Shown: positions 1 to 8,515 of the stretch, one piece after another
Layout of the letters: every line of letters starts with the position of its first letter
Numbering within the stretch: position 1 is the first letter of the stretch
Assembly (NCBI GenBank): GCA_016281805.1
Contig: JAEEJJ010000130.1
Coordinates: 1-51,598, forward strand
Length of the DNA: 51,598 nucleotides
Origin: Clostridiales bacterium
GTDB lineage: Bacteria; Bacillota; Clostridia; Oscillospirales; UBA644
Direction: 5' to 3'
Notes under the pieces: generated by a model
What the model saw: the letters and a program-made list of their open reading frames with translations, nothing else
Told to the model about the DNA's origin: nothing
Databases searched by the model: none
Made by a program: the position numbers and the translations under genes

Positions 1-22
1 TATATTTGTCGTTTTTTACATC

Positions 23-51
23 TTGACAAAAATGAGTTTTTAGTGTAGAAT
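23..51 (+). promoter_or_regulatory. sigma-A-type promoter (TTGACA-17-TAGAAT)
   Basis: TTGACA at 23-28, a 17-nt spacer, and TAGAAT at 46-51, about 50 nt upstream of the ATG at 102. Confidence 0.5.
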
Positions 52-101
52 ATTCAATGAAGAGTAAAACTCTTTAAATACTAAAAGGAGTGAAAAACCT
101 T

Positions 102-1124
102 ATGAAAAAAATCTTAGCTGCAGTTATTACTGTTGCAATGATGATCTGCTGTGTTGTTCCTGCTTTCGCAGAAGTATGGCAGGGCACAGACGAACTCGTA
201 CCCGAACTCGTAAAAGTTCCGAAGGCAACAAAGGCTCCCGTTCTTGACGGTGTTCTTGAAAGTTCCTTCTGGGGCGAAAAATTTATGCACACCACCGGTG
301 CCGGCCGTCTTGAATGGGGTACTGAAGGCGGACATATCCATCCGACCGACGGTTCCTTCGAAGACAGCACAGGTTACACCGCTGCTGAAGATTACTACTT
401 CAGATGGGATGAAGAATATCTCTACATTGGTGTTGTAACATACCATGCATATTCTTCAGAAGTTGACGCTTCCGCTATGTGGTCTGCTGGTACTGACTGC
501 CTCCAGATCTACATCGGTCTCGATGACGGTGACGGCGACATGTACAATGACCCGCATCTCGGATTTGGCGTAAACGGTAACCAGGATGCTACCGCTGCAT
601 ACTCCAGCACATTCGAACAGTCTATGCCCGACGCTGCTGATACTGCAACTGTAAACGACGGCATCAAAGCTGCTGTTGGCGTTGACGGTCTTGCAATCAC
701 TTGGGAAATCGCTGTTCCTCTCGCTGATGGTCTCGGCTCTGCCGGCGCTATCGACGACGAATACCTCTTCTCCTGCGCAGACATCGTTGAAGGCCAGTAC
801 TATGTACAGGTAGGTAAAGGATGTCTCTGGGCTGGTAAAACTCCTACAGACTCTCCGATGCTCGTTTTCGCTGAAGCTCTTGCTGAAGAAGAACCCGCTG
901 CTGAAGAACCTGCTGCAGAAGAACCCGCAGCTGAAGAACCCGCTGCAGAAGAACCTGCTGCTGAGGAACCCGCTGCTGAAGAACCGGCTGCTACTGAAAC
1001 TGTAACTCCGGCTCCCACAACCACAACCAACACCAACCCGAAGACTGCTGACGTAAGCGTTCTCTTCTACGCTCTCGCTGCTGTTTCCGCTATCGGTGGT
1101 ATCTCTGTATTTAAGAGAAAATAA
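102..1124 (+). CDS. secreted cell-surface protein with signal peptide, EEPAA linker and C-terminal NPKTAD sorting-type signal; N-terminal domain possibly CBM9/DOMON-like
   Basis: AAAGGAG RBS before the ATG at 102; the track start at 90 is a GTG inside the RBS. Signal peptide is MKKILAAVITVAMMICCVVPAFA. KAPVLDGVLESSFWGEK resembles the start of CBM9-type sugar-binding domains. There are 7 EEPAA repeats, and the tail is NPKTAD plus a hydrophobic stretch plus KRK. Confidence 0.75.
   Translation: MKKILAAVITVAMMICCVVPAFAEVWQGTDELVPELVKVPKATKAPVLDGVLESSFWGEKFMHTTGAGRLEWGTEGGHIHPTDGSFEDSTGYTAAEDYYFRWDEEYLYIGVVTYHAYSSEVDASAMWSAGTDCLQIYIGLDDGDGDMYNDPHLGFGVNGNQDATAAYSSTFEQSMPDAADTATVNDGIKAAVGVDGLAITWEIAVPLADGLGSAGAIDDEYLFSCADIVEGQYYVQVGKGCLWAGKTPTDSPMLVFAEALAEEEPAAEEPAAEEPAAEEPAAEEPAAEEPAAEEPAATETVTPAPTTTTNTNPKTADVSVLFYALAAVSAIGGISVFKRK
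888..992 (+). repeat. in-frame tandem repeat, 7 x 15 nt (GAAGAACCNGCNGCN), encoding (EEPAA)7
   Basis: Seven consecutive 15-nt units read directly from the sequence. The units differ only at synonymous third positions. Confidence 0.95.
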
Positions 1125-1145
1125 GTTGTAGTTAAACTACATACG

Positions 1146-1182
1146 AAAAGGTATAGCTTCGGCTATACCTTTTCTTTTTTTT
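1146..1182 (+). terminator. rho-independent terminator
   Basis: Stem AAAAGGTATAGC / GCTATACCTTTT with a TTCG loop, followed by a T-run. Confidence 0.85.
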
Positions 1183-1187
1183 AAAAA

Positions 1188-1219
1188 AGAGGAGATTTAC
1201 GTTATCTCCTCTATTTTTT
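1188..1219. terminator. second hairpin, bidirectional terminator (serves the minus-strand hydrolase gene)
   Basis: Stem AGAGGAGAT / ATCTCCTCT, flanked by an A-run on the left and a T-run on the right. Confidence 0.7.
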
Positions 1220-1237
1220 GTATTGTCATCTGCGTTA

Positions 1238-3055
1238 TTACTTAATATTTACAAACGGTATTTCGGTCACTCTGAGTTTTGCGCATCCGTAAGGATACAG
1301 CTGCATTTCTCTTTCTTCCCCTATCGGTTCTGTGCTTTCGGGAATTTTAGCGCAGACAGATTCAAAACCGTCTTCAAGTCCCCAATCTATTTCAGCCATT
1401 TTAACGGTAACGGTTACCGGAGGCGCTGAAGAAGAAAAGGGAATATCTGATATTTCTTTTCTGTTGACTTTTAGTTTTCCGTCCGCAAAGCCAAAATTCC
1501 ATGTTGATCTCGGAATATACTCATAATCGCAATAAGGGAATTTTCTTTCAACATTATTGGAGACATATTCGTGCATTTTCTTTTCGTATTCAACAGGAAG
1601 CGAAAATACAAGAGATCCGCATTTAACTGTTTTCAGACCGTACGGTCTGTTTTCAAAATAAGGTAAAGTGTCAAAAGAAATAATAATTTCAGTATTATCT
1701 CCTGCGGTAAGCTCAAAGGATATTTCGGGTGTTTTTTCTGTTTTATTGCCATTGATTGTAATGTTTTCAGCAAATGAAGGGATCCTTACGACAAATTTAA
1801 AATCTTTATCCGTTCTGATTATGTATTTAAGCGTATTTTTGAAAGGATAATCTGTTACAAGTTCAATGTTTATGCCTTCATCATCAAGAGCTGACGGAAC
1901 CGGAATTACGCTGATGATCTTATCCCTGTCTTTCATAAAAGCAGAGAGAGCGAATTTAGGCCATCCCTGATGGAAATTAGCAGTGCAACAGCCGTAACTA
2001 GGCTCAAGTCCGAATATATGCGCCTCAGAATTATTTGTTCTGAACAGAGATCTGCCGGGGAAGCGGATACATGCGATCTGATTGCTCATCTGATCATACT
2101 GATGAGTCCACATATCATCGCTTATGGTTGCAGGAAGAGCATTGAAAGCAATCAATTCAAGTCTTTCTGCCCATTTATAGTCTCCCGTTACGGCAAACAG
2201 TTTTTCTATTGAATACATTTCATCAACGACCGAGCATAATTCGGTTCCCTGGATGGGACTGAGACCGGAAAGGCACTCATCGCCCGTAAAAATACCGACG
2301 GGCGTGCCGTTGTAACGGTAAAGAATATCATAAAAATACTCTGCGCTGCCTTTATATTCTCCGTTCAGCATATTATGAGTAACCGCTTCTGTTTTAAGCA
2401 TCAGCGCCATATTCACAATATGTGTTTCGTATCTCCAGTAGTTCATGGGTCTTTTCCAGCGATCGACGAGTTTTCGGTAATCTGTGCCTTGTTCCTGAAG
2501 AATTTTCGCAAGATCAGCCATCCACTGTTCGCGGTAACGCTCAAACAGAAAATCGAGAGCTATAAAGCATTCAAACCAACGCGCTTTGCCCCAGCCAAAC
2601 AAAGAAATCTTACCCGATGACAGAAGAGTGTAGTAATTTTTAAGAATATCATAAATTACCTTTACGATACTTTCATCACGCGAGCACTCATAATAACCGA
2701 GGAGAACTTTGGTAACAAGATAAATAACCCACGTATCGTATTTAGGTATCTGTTCGTCCGAACAGGGACATATCCATCCGTCAGGGCGCTGCAAAGCCAC
2801 CATACGTGAAACATAATATTTTGCGCGCGAAATCATTTCCTTGTCTTCAAGAAGGTATGCGAGAGGAATAAAACCATCAAGCCAATAGGGAAATCTTTCC
2901 CAGCTTTCGGCATCGCCGCCGAGCCATCCGCTGTCACGGACATCGCGCCATACTTTATCAAGGTTTCCAGACAGCCCTTCAGCCTGAATTTTCAGTTGCT
3001 GCAAAAGCCAGCCTTTCGGTTTGAGTTCGTTAGATGAATAAAAAGAATACATCAT
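1238..3055 (-). CDS. six-hairpin glycoside hydrolase, GH127/DUF1680-like (beta-L-arabinofuranosidase-related)
   Basis: 605 aa. The N-terminus (WLGGDAESWERFPYWLDGFIPLAYLL) and the Cys-rich motif (EPSYGCCTANFHQGWPKF) are typical of the DUF1680/GH127 clan. AAGAGGTG RBS. Confidence 0.6.
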   Translation of the reverse strand: MMYSFYSSNELKPKGWLLQQLKIQAEGLSGNLDKVWRDVRDSGWLGGDAESWERFPYWLDGFIPLAYLLEDKEMISRAKYYVSRMVALQRPDGWICPCSDEQIPKYDTWVIYLVTKVLLGYYECSRDESIVKVIYDILKNYYTLLSSGKISLFGWGKARWFECFIALDFLFERYREQWMADLAKILQEQGTDYRKLVDRWKRPMNYWRYETHIVNMALMLKTEAVTHNMLNGEYKGSAEYFYDILYRYNGTPVGIFTGDECLSGLSPIQGTELCSVVDEMYSIEKLFAVTGDYKWAERLELIAFNALPATISDDMWTHQYDQMSNQIACIRFPGRSLFRTNNSEAHIFGLEPSYGCCTANFHQGWPKFALSAFMKDRDKIISVIPVPSALDDEGINIELVTDYPFKNTLKYIIRTDKDFKFVVRIPSFAENITINGNKTEKTPEISFELTAGDNTEIIISFDTLPYFENRPYGLKTVKCGSLVFSLPVEYEKKMHEYVSNNVERKFPYCDYEYIPRSTWNFGFADGKLKVNRKEISDIPFSSSAPPVTVTVKMAEIDWGLEDGFESVCAKIPESTEPIGEEREMQLYPYGCAKLRVTEIPFVNIK

Positions 3056-3074
3056 ACACCTCTTATTAATTATG

Positions 3075-3560
3075 TCAGATTATTTTGATACCGTAAGCTT
3101 TATCGACCAGTTCGCAAGCGGCGGAATAATCGGATTCATCGATAAGACATGATATTTTGGTTTCTGAAGTAGTAATCATTTTGACAGTTATCTTTTTTTC
3201 GCCAAGCGAGCTGAAAACGAAAGCGGCAACGCCGCAAAGCTCTCTCATCTTTTCGCCCGCAAAAGTGAATTTTGAGTTATTGGTGTTAACATCGATCCTC
3301 AAATCACTATATGATGCTTTCAGCAGGCCGAGAGTAGAAAGAATATTGGCAAGATCGTCGTCTTTTGCTGAAAATGAGACGGTCTGACGAACGCCTGACG
3401 ACGGATTGAGAGATATCATATCAACATTAATGCCCTTCTCGGCAAGACAGCTGAAGATATCGGCAATACTGTCCGAATTGTTCGGAAGATTATATACTGT
3501 TACAAGCGTAACGGCGTTTTCAACGGTTACAGACTCGATAATATCCTTAATGTTAATCAT
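3075..3560 (-). CDS. stand-alone ACT-domain protein (aspartokinase regulatory-subunit-like)
   Basis: Two ACT-like repeats (VTVYNLPNNSDSIADIFSCLAEKGINVDMIS and FAGEKMRELCGVAAFVFSSLGEKKITVKMITTS). I prefer the ATG at 3560, which follows a GAGGGTGA RBS, over the TTG at 3578. Confidence 0.6.
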   Translation of the reverse strand: MINIKDIIESVTVENAVTLVTVYNLPNNSDSIADIFSCLAEKGINVDMISLNPSSGVRQTVSFSAKDDDLANILSTLGLLKASYSDLRIDVNTNNSKFTFAGEKMRELCGVAAFVFSSLGEKKITVKMITTSETKISCLIDESDYSAACELVDKAYGIKII

Positions 3561-3570
3561 AATATCACCC

Positions 3571-4332
3571 TCAATCAATCATATCCTGCATGGTGTAAAG
3601 ACCGGCAGGTTTATCGGAAAGAAATGCAGCAGCCTTCAATGCGCCGATCGCAAAAATCCTTCTTGATCCTGCGCTGTGGCTGATAGTTATGACCTCATCA
3701 TCACCGGCAAAAATAACATCATGCTCCCCTACTATTGTTCCGCCCCGAACGGAATGTATGCCTATTTCGCTGTTAGTTCTTTTTCTTCTTTCGGAATATC
3801 TCTCATAGATGCGTTTCATTGGTCTGTTTTCAGCCTCGGTAACAGCTTCTGCAAGCATCAGAGCAGTTCCTGAAGGAGCATCCAGTTTGCGGTTATGATG
3901 TTTTTCGATTATTTCAACATCGTAGTCTTCTCCGAAAACCGCCGCGGCTTTTTTTACAAGATCGGCGACAACGTTCACGCCGAACGACATATTCGGGGAG
4001 AAGAAGACGGGAATTTTTTCTGACGCGTTTTCAATCACCTTTTTTTGTTCCTCAGTATAACCCGTGGTTGCAAGAACGACAGGGAGTGTGTTTTTCAAAG
4101 CGTATGATATGACGTCGGAAAGAAGCGACGGATGAGAAAAATCTATAATTGCGCCGACAGGCAGATCAACGTCGTTTACGGATCTGTAAAGCGGGTATTT
4201 TACGTCCGGTCCGTCTTTGATATCAACGCCTGCCGCTATACGGAGTTTGTCGGAAAAACGGTCCGAAAGAGAACAGTCCGATATCATTTTTCCCATTACG
4301 CCGAGACAGCCGCAAAGAAGAATATCAATCAT
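3571..4332 (-). CDS. dapB: 4-hydroxy-tetrahydrodipicolinate reductase
   Basis: Diagnostic motif EKHHNRKLDAPSGTA, correct length of 253 aa, and position in a dap operon. Confidence 0.95.
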   Translation of the reverse strand: MIDILLCGCLGVMGKMISDCSLSDRFSDKLRIAAGVDIKDGPDVKYPLYRSVNDVDLPVGAIIDFSHPSLLSDVISYALKNTLPVVLATTGYTEEQKKVIENASEKIPVFFSPNMSFGVNVVADLVKKAAAVFGEDYDVEIIEKHHNRKLDAPSGTALMLAEAVTEAENRPMKRIYERYSERRKRTNSEIGIHSVRGGTIVGEHDVIFAGDDEVITISHSAGSRRIFAIGALKAAAFLSDKPAGLYTMQDMID

Positions 4333-4352
4333 TATAATGCCTCATTTTTAAT

Positions 4353-5234
4353 TTATTTAAGTATTTCGAGCGCTTTTTTGAGTTTTTCGAGGTTTGCGGG
4401 TGTCATTTCACAAAGAGGAAGACGACATTCGCCTACATCAAAACCGAGAATATTCATTGCTGTTTTAACGGGGATGGGATTTGTTTCGATAAACAAAGCA
4501 TCTATAAGCTCAGAATATTTTATTTGCAGTTCAGCTGACTTTGCCGTATCTCCGTTAAAGTAACTGGAACAGATTTCGTGAGTCTGTTTCGGAATAATGT
4601 TTGAAAGAACGGAAATGACACCTTTGGCGCCGAGAGAAAGTATTGGCGTAATAAGTCCGTCTTCTCCTGAATAAATATCAAGGGCATCTCCGCAAAGCGC
4701 ACGGATATGAACGATATCCGCAACATTACCGCTTGCTTCTTTTGTTGCTACGATATTCGGGTGTTTTGACAGTTCCAGATATGTTTCGGGTTTTATGGTC
4801 ATACCTGTTCTGCCGGGAACATTATAAAGAATACAGGGAATATCCACGGCATCTGCAATCGCACTGAAATGTCTGACAAGCCCCAACTGAGTTGTTTTGT
4901 TGTAATACGGAGTCACGTTAAGGTAAGCATCAGCGCCGACTTCAGCGGCAAATCTGGTCAGTTCGATCGCATATGCGGTATCGTTGCTGCCCGTGCCTGC
5001 GATCACAGGGATCCTGCCTGCAGTTTTTTCTACGGCAAAACGGATAACATCACGATGTTCTTCATCTGTAAGAGTAGACGCTTCGCCTGTTGTGCCGCAT
5101 ATTATAATAGCATCCGTGGAATTTGCGATCTGATATTCTATTAATTCTTCAAGCTTGGCGAAATTGACTGATAAATCTTTATTGAAAGGGGTCACTATAG
5201 CAACGCCTGCGCCTGTGAAAACTGTTTTTTTCAT
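4353..5234 (-). CDS. dapA: 4-hydroxy-tetrahydrodipicolinate synthase
   Basis: 293 aa. Contains [20 protein letters not shown] and NVTPYYNK, with the DapA-typical layout. Confidence 0.95.
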   Translation of the reverse strand: MKKTVFTGAGVAIVTPFNKDLSVNFAKLEELIEYQIANSTDAIIICGTTGEASTLTDEEHRDVIRFAVEKTAGRIPVIAGTGSNDTAYAIELTRFAAEVGADAYLNVTPYYNKTTQLGLVRHFSAIADAVDIPCILYNVPGRTGMTIKPETYLELSKHPNIVATKEASGNVADIVHIRALCGDALDIYSGEDGLITPILSLGAKGVISVLSNIIPKQTHEICSSYFNGDTAKSAELQIKYSELIDALFIETNPIPVKTAMNILGFDVGECRLPLCEMTPANLEKLKKALEILK

Positions 5235-5245
5235 ATTATTCTCCC

Positions 5246-6325
5246 TTAATCAAAGTAGCCTTTTGCGGCATACAGTTCCGCCATTTCAACCGCACCGCCC
5301 GCAGCGCCGCGAAGTGTGTTGTGAGAAAGCGAAACAAATTTGTAATCATATTGAGAGTCTTCGCGAAGTCTTCCGACGGAAACAGCCATACCGTTTTCCA
5401 GATTACGGTGAAGTTTTGCCTGCGGATAATTATCTTCATTAAAATAATGAATAAACTGTTTTGGCGCTGTAGGCAGAGAAAGAAGCTGAGGCTCTCCTTT
5501 GTAATTCTGCCAGAGAGAAATGATTTCCTCTTTTGTTGGTTTATTATCAAAAGAAACAAAAACAGCGGCAAAATGACCGTCCGATACTGGAACGCGGAGA
5601 CATTGCGTAGTTATAAGAGGAGATGATGCGCTGACTATTCGATCCCCCTCTATTTTTCCCCAAACTTTCAACGGCTCTTTTTCGGATTTTTCTTCCTCGC
5701 CGGCGATGTACGGTATCAGATTGTCCTGCATTTCAGGCCATGTATCAAAGTTTTTCCCTGCTCCGGATATTGCCTGGTATGTGCAGGCGAGTATTTTTGA
5801 AATGCCGAATTTTCTGAGCGGCTGAAGCGCAGGAACATAGCTTTGAATTGAGCAGTTGGATTTTACGGATATAAAACCGCGTTTTGTGCCGAGACGCTTT
5901 TTTTGCGAAGCGACTATCGCTATATGCTCAGGGTTGACCTCGGGAATAATCATGGGAACGTCAGAAGTAAATCTGTTTGCGGAATTATTGGACATAACCG
6001 GACATTCGTGCTTTGCGTATTCTTCTTCAAGCGCTCTGATCTCGTCCTTTTTCATATCGACGGCACAGAAAACAAAATCTACGGAAGACGTGATTTTATC
6101 GATGTCCGCAGTTGCGTCCATAACGATTATTTTTCTCATCTTTTCAGGTATCGGAGAAGTCATCAGCCATCTGCCCGACACAGCTTCCTCATAAGTTTTA
6201 CCGGCGGAACGTCCCGACGCCGCAAGGACTGAGACATTGAACCACGGATGATTTTCGAGCAATAAGGCGAACCGCTGACCTACCATTCCGGTCGCTCCGA
6301 TTATTCCGACATTATAATTTCTCAC
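5246..6325 (-). CDS. asd: aspartate-semialdehyde dehydrogenase
   Basis: Contains [14 protein letters not shown], an active-site-type NCS motif and [15 protein letters not shown] chose the GTG at 6325, preceded by GGAGA, because the longer track ORF (to 6415) runs through the riboswitch terminator. Confidence 0.88.
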   Translation of the reverse strand: MRNYNVGIIGATGMVGQRFALLLENHPWFNVSVLAASGRSAGKTYEEAVSGRWLMTSPIPEKMRKIIVMDATADIDKITSSVDFVFCAVDMKKDEIRALEEEYAKHECPVMSNNSANRFTSDVPMIIPEVNPEHIAIVASQKKRLGTKRGFISVKSNCSIQSYVPALQPLRKFGISKILACTYQAISGAGKNFDTWPEMQDNLIPYIAGEEEKSEKEPLKVWGKIEGDRIVSASSPLITTQCLRVPVSDGHFAAVFVSFDNKPTKEEIISLWQNYKGEPQLLSLPTAPKQFIHYFNEDNYPQAKLHRNLENGMAVSVGRLREDSQYDYKFVSLSHNTLRGAAGGAVEMAELYAAKGYFD

Positions 6326-6350
6326 TTTGATTTCTCCAATTCTTAAATAT

Positions 6351-6378
6351 GCAAAACGACGGAAAAAGCTCCGTCGTG
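6351..6378 (-). terminator. L-box expression-platform terminator
   Basis: The minus strand reads ACGACGGA-GCUUUU-UCCGUCGU followed by UUUGC. It lies between the aptamer and the asd RBS. Confidence 0.7.
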
Positions 6379-6399
6379 AATAAAATAAATCATTTTTTC

Positions 6400-6585
6400 G
6401 CAACAGATAGCTCAATACCGTAATACGGTAACAGCCGAACAGCTCTTAACTGTCCGTCCGGATAATGACGTTTCCTGTTCAGTCATTTCCTCGGCGATGG
6501 CACCTTTTTTTCGCTGTTTGCAGGAACAACAATCCGAAATTTATCGAAATTAAGCGAAATACTTATTGACAACGCGCCTCTATTA
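6400..6585 (-). promoter_or_regulatory. lysine riboswitch (L-box) aptamer
   Basis: The minus strand reads AAUAGAGGCGCGUUGUCAAUAAGUA...GGUGCCAUCGCCGAGGAAAUGAC...GUCAUUAUCCGGACGGACAGUUAAGAGCUGUUCGGCUGU. These match the conserved L-box blocks AGAGGCGC, AGUA, GUCGCCGARG and GCUGU. It sits in the leader of a lysine-biosynthesis operon. Confidence 0.85.
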
Positions 6586-6594
6586 AGTTATAAT
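6566..6594 (+). promoter_or_regulatory. queA promoter (TTGACA-17-TATAAT)
   Basis: Perfect consensus hexamers at 6566-6571 and 6589-6594 with a 17-nt spacer. It overlaps the first nucleotides of the divergent L-box transcript. Confidence 0.65.
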
Positions 6595-6596
6595 TA

Positions 6597-6625
6597 AGTA
6601 TAACAGATTTTATTTGATATGTCAA
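6597..6625 (-). promoter_or_regulatory. promoter of the L-box/asd operon (TTGACA-17-TATACT)
   Basis: On the minus strand, TTGACA is at 6625-6620 and TATACT at 6602-6597. The riboswitch begins about 15 nt downstream. Confidence 0.65.
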
Positions 6626-6679
6626 CACAGATATTAAAAAATTTCAATAAAAGACATAAAGAGAGTTTTTTCGTAAACT

Positions 6680-7720
6680 ATGGATTTAAAAGATTTTTAT
6701 TATGACCTTCCCACAGAGCTTATAGCGCAGCATCCTGCAGAAAAAAGAGATCTATCGAGACTGATGTTTCTTGATAAAAAGACCGGGCAGATACGGCACG
6801 GGACATTCCGGGATATAATTGATGAATTTGATAAAGGCGATTGCCTTATACTGAACGATTCAAGAGTCATTCCGGCAAGACTTTTTGCAGAAAGAGTTTC
6901 GGACAAAGCGAAGATCGAAGTTTTTCTTCTGAGACCGCTTGACAATTCAAACACATGGGAATGCCTTGTAAAGCCCGGCAAAAAAATGAAAACCGGAACA
7001 AAAATCGACGTAAAAGGAATTCCTGCAGAAGTAACCGAAGTATTTGAAAACGGCAACAGAGCCATCCGTTTTGAATTTGACGGTGATTTCAAAGACAAGC
7101 TTAACGAAATAGGTGAAATCCCGCTGCCCCCGTACATACATGAAAAACAGGACGATTACAGCAGATATCAGACTGTATACGCAAAATATGACGGTTCTGT
7201 TGCAGCACCTACCGCGGGACTTCATTTTACAGAGGAGCTGCTTGATGAACTGCGAAACAAAGGCGTTGAAATAGGTTTTGTTACTTTGCACGTAGGGTTG
7301 GGAACATTCAGACCCGTAAAGACCGAAATAATTGAAGAGCATAAAATGCATTCGGAGTTTTTTATACTTCCAGATAAGACGGCGGAAATAATCAACAGAT
7401 GCAAAAAGAACAAACACAGAGTAACGGCTGTTGGAACAACATGCACAAGAACACTTGAAACAGTTGGAACGAGGCTCGGAATAAACGAAGATAATTTCAA
7501 GCTTACTGAAATGTCAGGCGAAACAGATATTTTTATTTATCCGCCGTATGAGTTTAAAGTAATAGACAGATTGATCACAAATTTCCATCTTCCGGAAAGC
7601 ACGCTGATAATGCTTGTTTCAGCCCTTGCGGGAAGAGAAAACGTATTGAATGCCTACAAAGAAGCAGTGAAAGAAAAATACAGATTTTTTTCATTCGGCG
7701 ACGCTATGTTCATTGGATAG
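6680..7720 (+). CDS. queA: S-adenosylmethionine:tRNA ribosyltransferase-isomerase
   Basis: 346 aa. Contains FYYDLPTELIAQHP, LPPYI, AAPTAGLHFT and FFSFGDAMFI, which are QueA signatures. Confidence 0.95.
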   Translation: MDLKDFYYDLPTELIAQHPAEKRDLSRLMFLDKKTGQIRHGTFRDIIDEFDKGDCLILNDSRVIPARLFAERVSDKAKIEVFLLRPLDNSNTWECLVKPGKKMKTGTKIDVKGIPAEVTEVFENGNRAIRFEFDGDFKDKLNEIGEIPLPPYIHEKQDDYSRYQTVYAKYDGSVAAPTAGLHFTEELLDELRNKGVEIGFVTLHVGLGTFRPVKTEIIEEHKMHSEFFILPDKTAEIINRCKKNKHRVTAVGTTCTRTLETVGTRLGINEDNFKLTEMSGETDIFIYPPYEFKVIDRLITNFHLPESTLIMLVSALAGRENVLNAYKEAVKEKYRFFSFGDAMFIG

Positions 7721-7750
7721 CAGTTTTTGAAAACGATATACAAACATTAA

Positions 7751-7785
7751 AAAAGTCCTGAATCTATGCGGTTTCAGGACTTTTT
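7751..7785. terminator. bidirectional rho-independent terminator after queA
   Basis: Stem AAAAGTCCTGAA / TTCAGGACTTTT, with an A-run upstream and a T-run downstream. Confidence 0.85.
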
Positions 7786-7790
7786 CCTTT

Positions 7791-7945
7791 TCAATTCTCT
7801 TTGTAGATAAATTCGTGTTTTATGCCGTTTTTGAAGGTTATCGACATCACACGCCCATTTTTTATACAAAAGTTGTTACTTACCGTTTTTATAAAATCCT
7901 TCAAAATTCGCGGGTCAATTTCTTTAAGTAAAGATATTGTCTCAG
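7791..7945 (-). pseudogene. possible 3' stump of an unidentified minus-strand gene
   Basis: The minus frame reads ...SLLKEIDPRILKDFIKTVSNNFCIKNGRVMSITFKNGIKHEFIYKEN and stops just before the bidirectional terminator. The upstream part of the same track ORF is antisense to the next CDS and looks non-coding. Confidence 0.3.
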
Positions 7946-7968
7946 CTGTAGATAACGAAGGTGGAACG

Positions 7969-8451
7969 ATGTTCGGTCTGCCTTTCAGATTGAAACAGCC
8001 TACTTCCATGGCAGGTAAAATCGCTGAAGATGTGGCGAAGGGAGATTCAATAGAAGATGCATCAGGAGAAATAAGGGACGCCGTAAGGTACACGGCTATC
8101 TTTCCTGAGGAAAACTTCACTGACGGCTATTACAAAGTGAAGAAATCTCTGGAAAAGAAAGGCTATGAAGAGGTCCGATGCAAAAACTTTTACGAAATGT
8201 ACGAAGCGGGAGACCAATGCCAGAAGGCTGTTCAATGCGTATATAAGGATAAATCGGGATATGTGTTTGAGTTTCAGTTTCACACGGTAGACAGCGCAGG
8301 GGCAAAAGAGGTAAACCATCCCGTATATGAAGAGTTCAGAAAAGCCACAGTGCCGAAGGAAATAAAAAACAAATATTTCGGGAATATGAGGTACATCGGA
8401 ACTCATGTTCCTGTTCCACGCGGTGTCATGGGTATAAAGTCGCACGGATAA
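7969..8451 (+). CDS. RelA/SpoT-synthetase (RSH/SAS)-fold nucleotide pyrophosphokinase-like protein, short or 5'-truncated
   Basis: GAAGGTGG RBS before the ATG at 7969. The motifs RLKQPTSMAGK (R-x-K-x3-S-x3-K), RDAVRYT, FEFQFHT (E-x-Q-x2-T) and NHPVY occur in the order and spacing of small alarmone synthetases. Confidence 0.5.
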   Translation: MFGLPFRLKQPTSMAGKIAEDVAKGDSIEDASGEIRDAVRYTAIFPEENFTDGYYKVKKSLEKKGYEEVRCKNFYEMYEAGDQCQKAVQCVYKDKSGYVFEFQFHTVDSAGAKEVNHPVYEEFRKATVPKEIKNKYFGNMRYIGTHVPVPRGVMGIKSHG

Positions 8452-8463
8452 CACAAACGGGTC

Positions 8464-8492
8464 TTGAAATATCATCTTAAATGTGATATAAT
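8464..8492 (+). promoter_or_regulatory. promoter (TTGAAA-17-TATAAT)
   Basis: Hexamers at 8464-8469 and 8487-8492. The RBS AGGGAGG and the ATG at 8516 follow. Confidence 0.6.
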
Positions 8493-8515
8493 AAGAATAA
8501 AGGGAGGCATAAACA

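Noticed and set aside
888-992. Short regular repeats that might be mistaken for a CRISPR-like array.
   Set aside because: The units are contiguous 15-nt repeats without spacers. They are in frame inside a CDS and encode (EEPAA)7.
6326-6415. 30-codon N-terminal extension of asd given by the longest-ORF track.
   Set aside because: It would be translated from inside the L-box terminator region. A GTG at 6325 with a GGAGA RBS gives the canonical VGIIGATG N-terminus.
7807-7968. Upstream extension (track start at 7822) of the synthetase-like ORF.
   Set aside because: The extension is Phe/Ile/Lys-rich nonsense, whereas the opposite strand reads as protein. A good RBS precedes the ATG at 7969.
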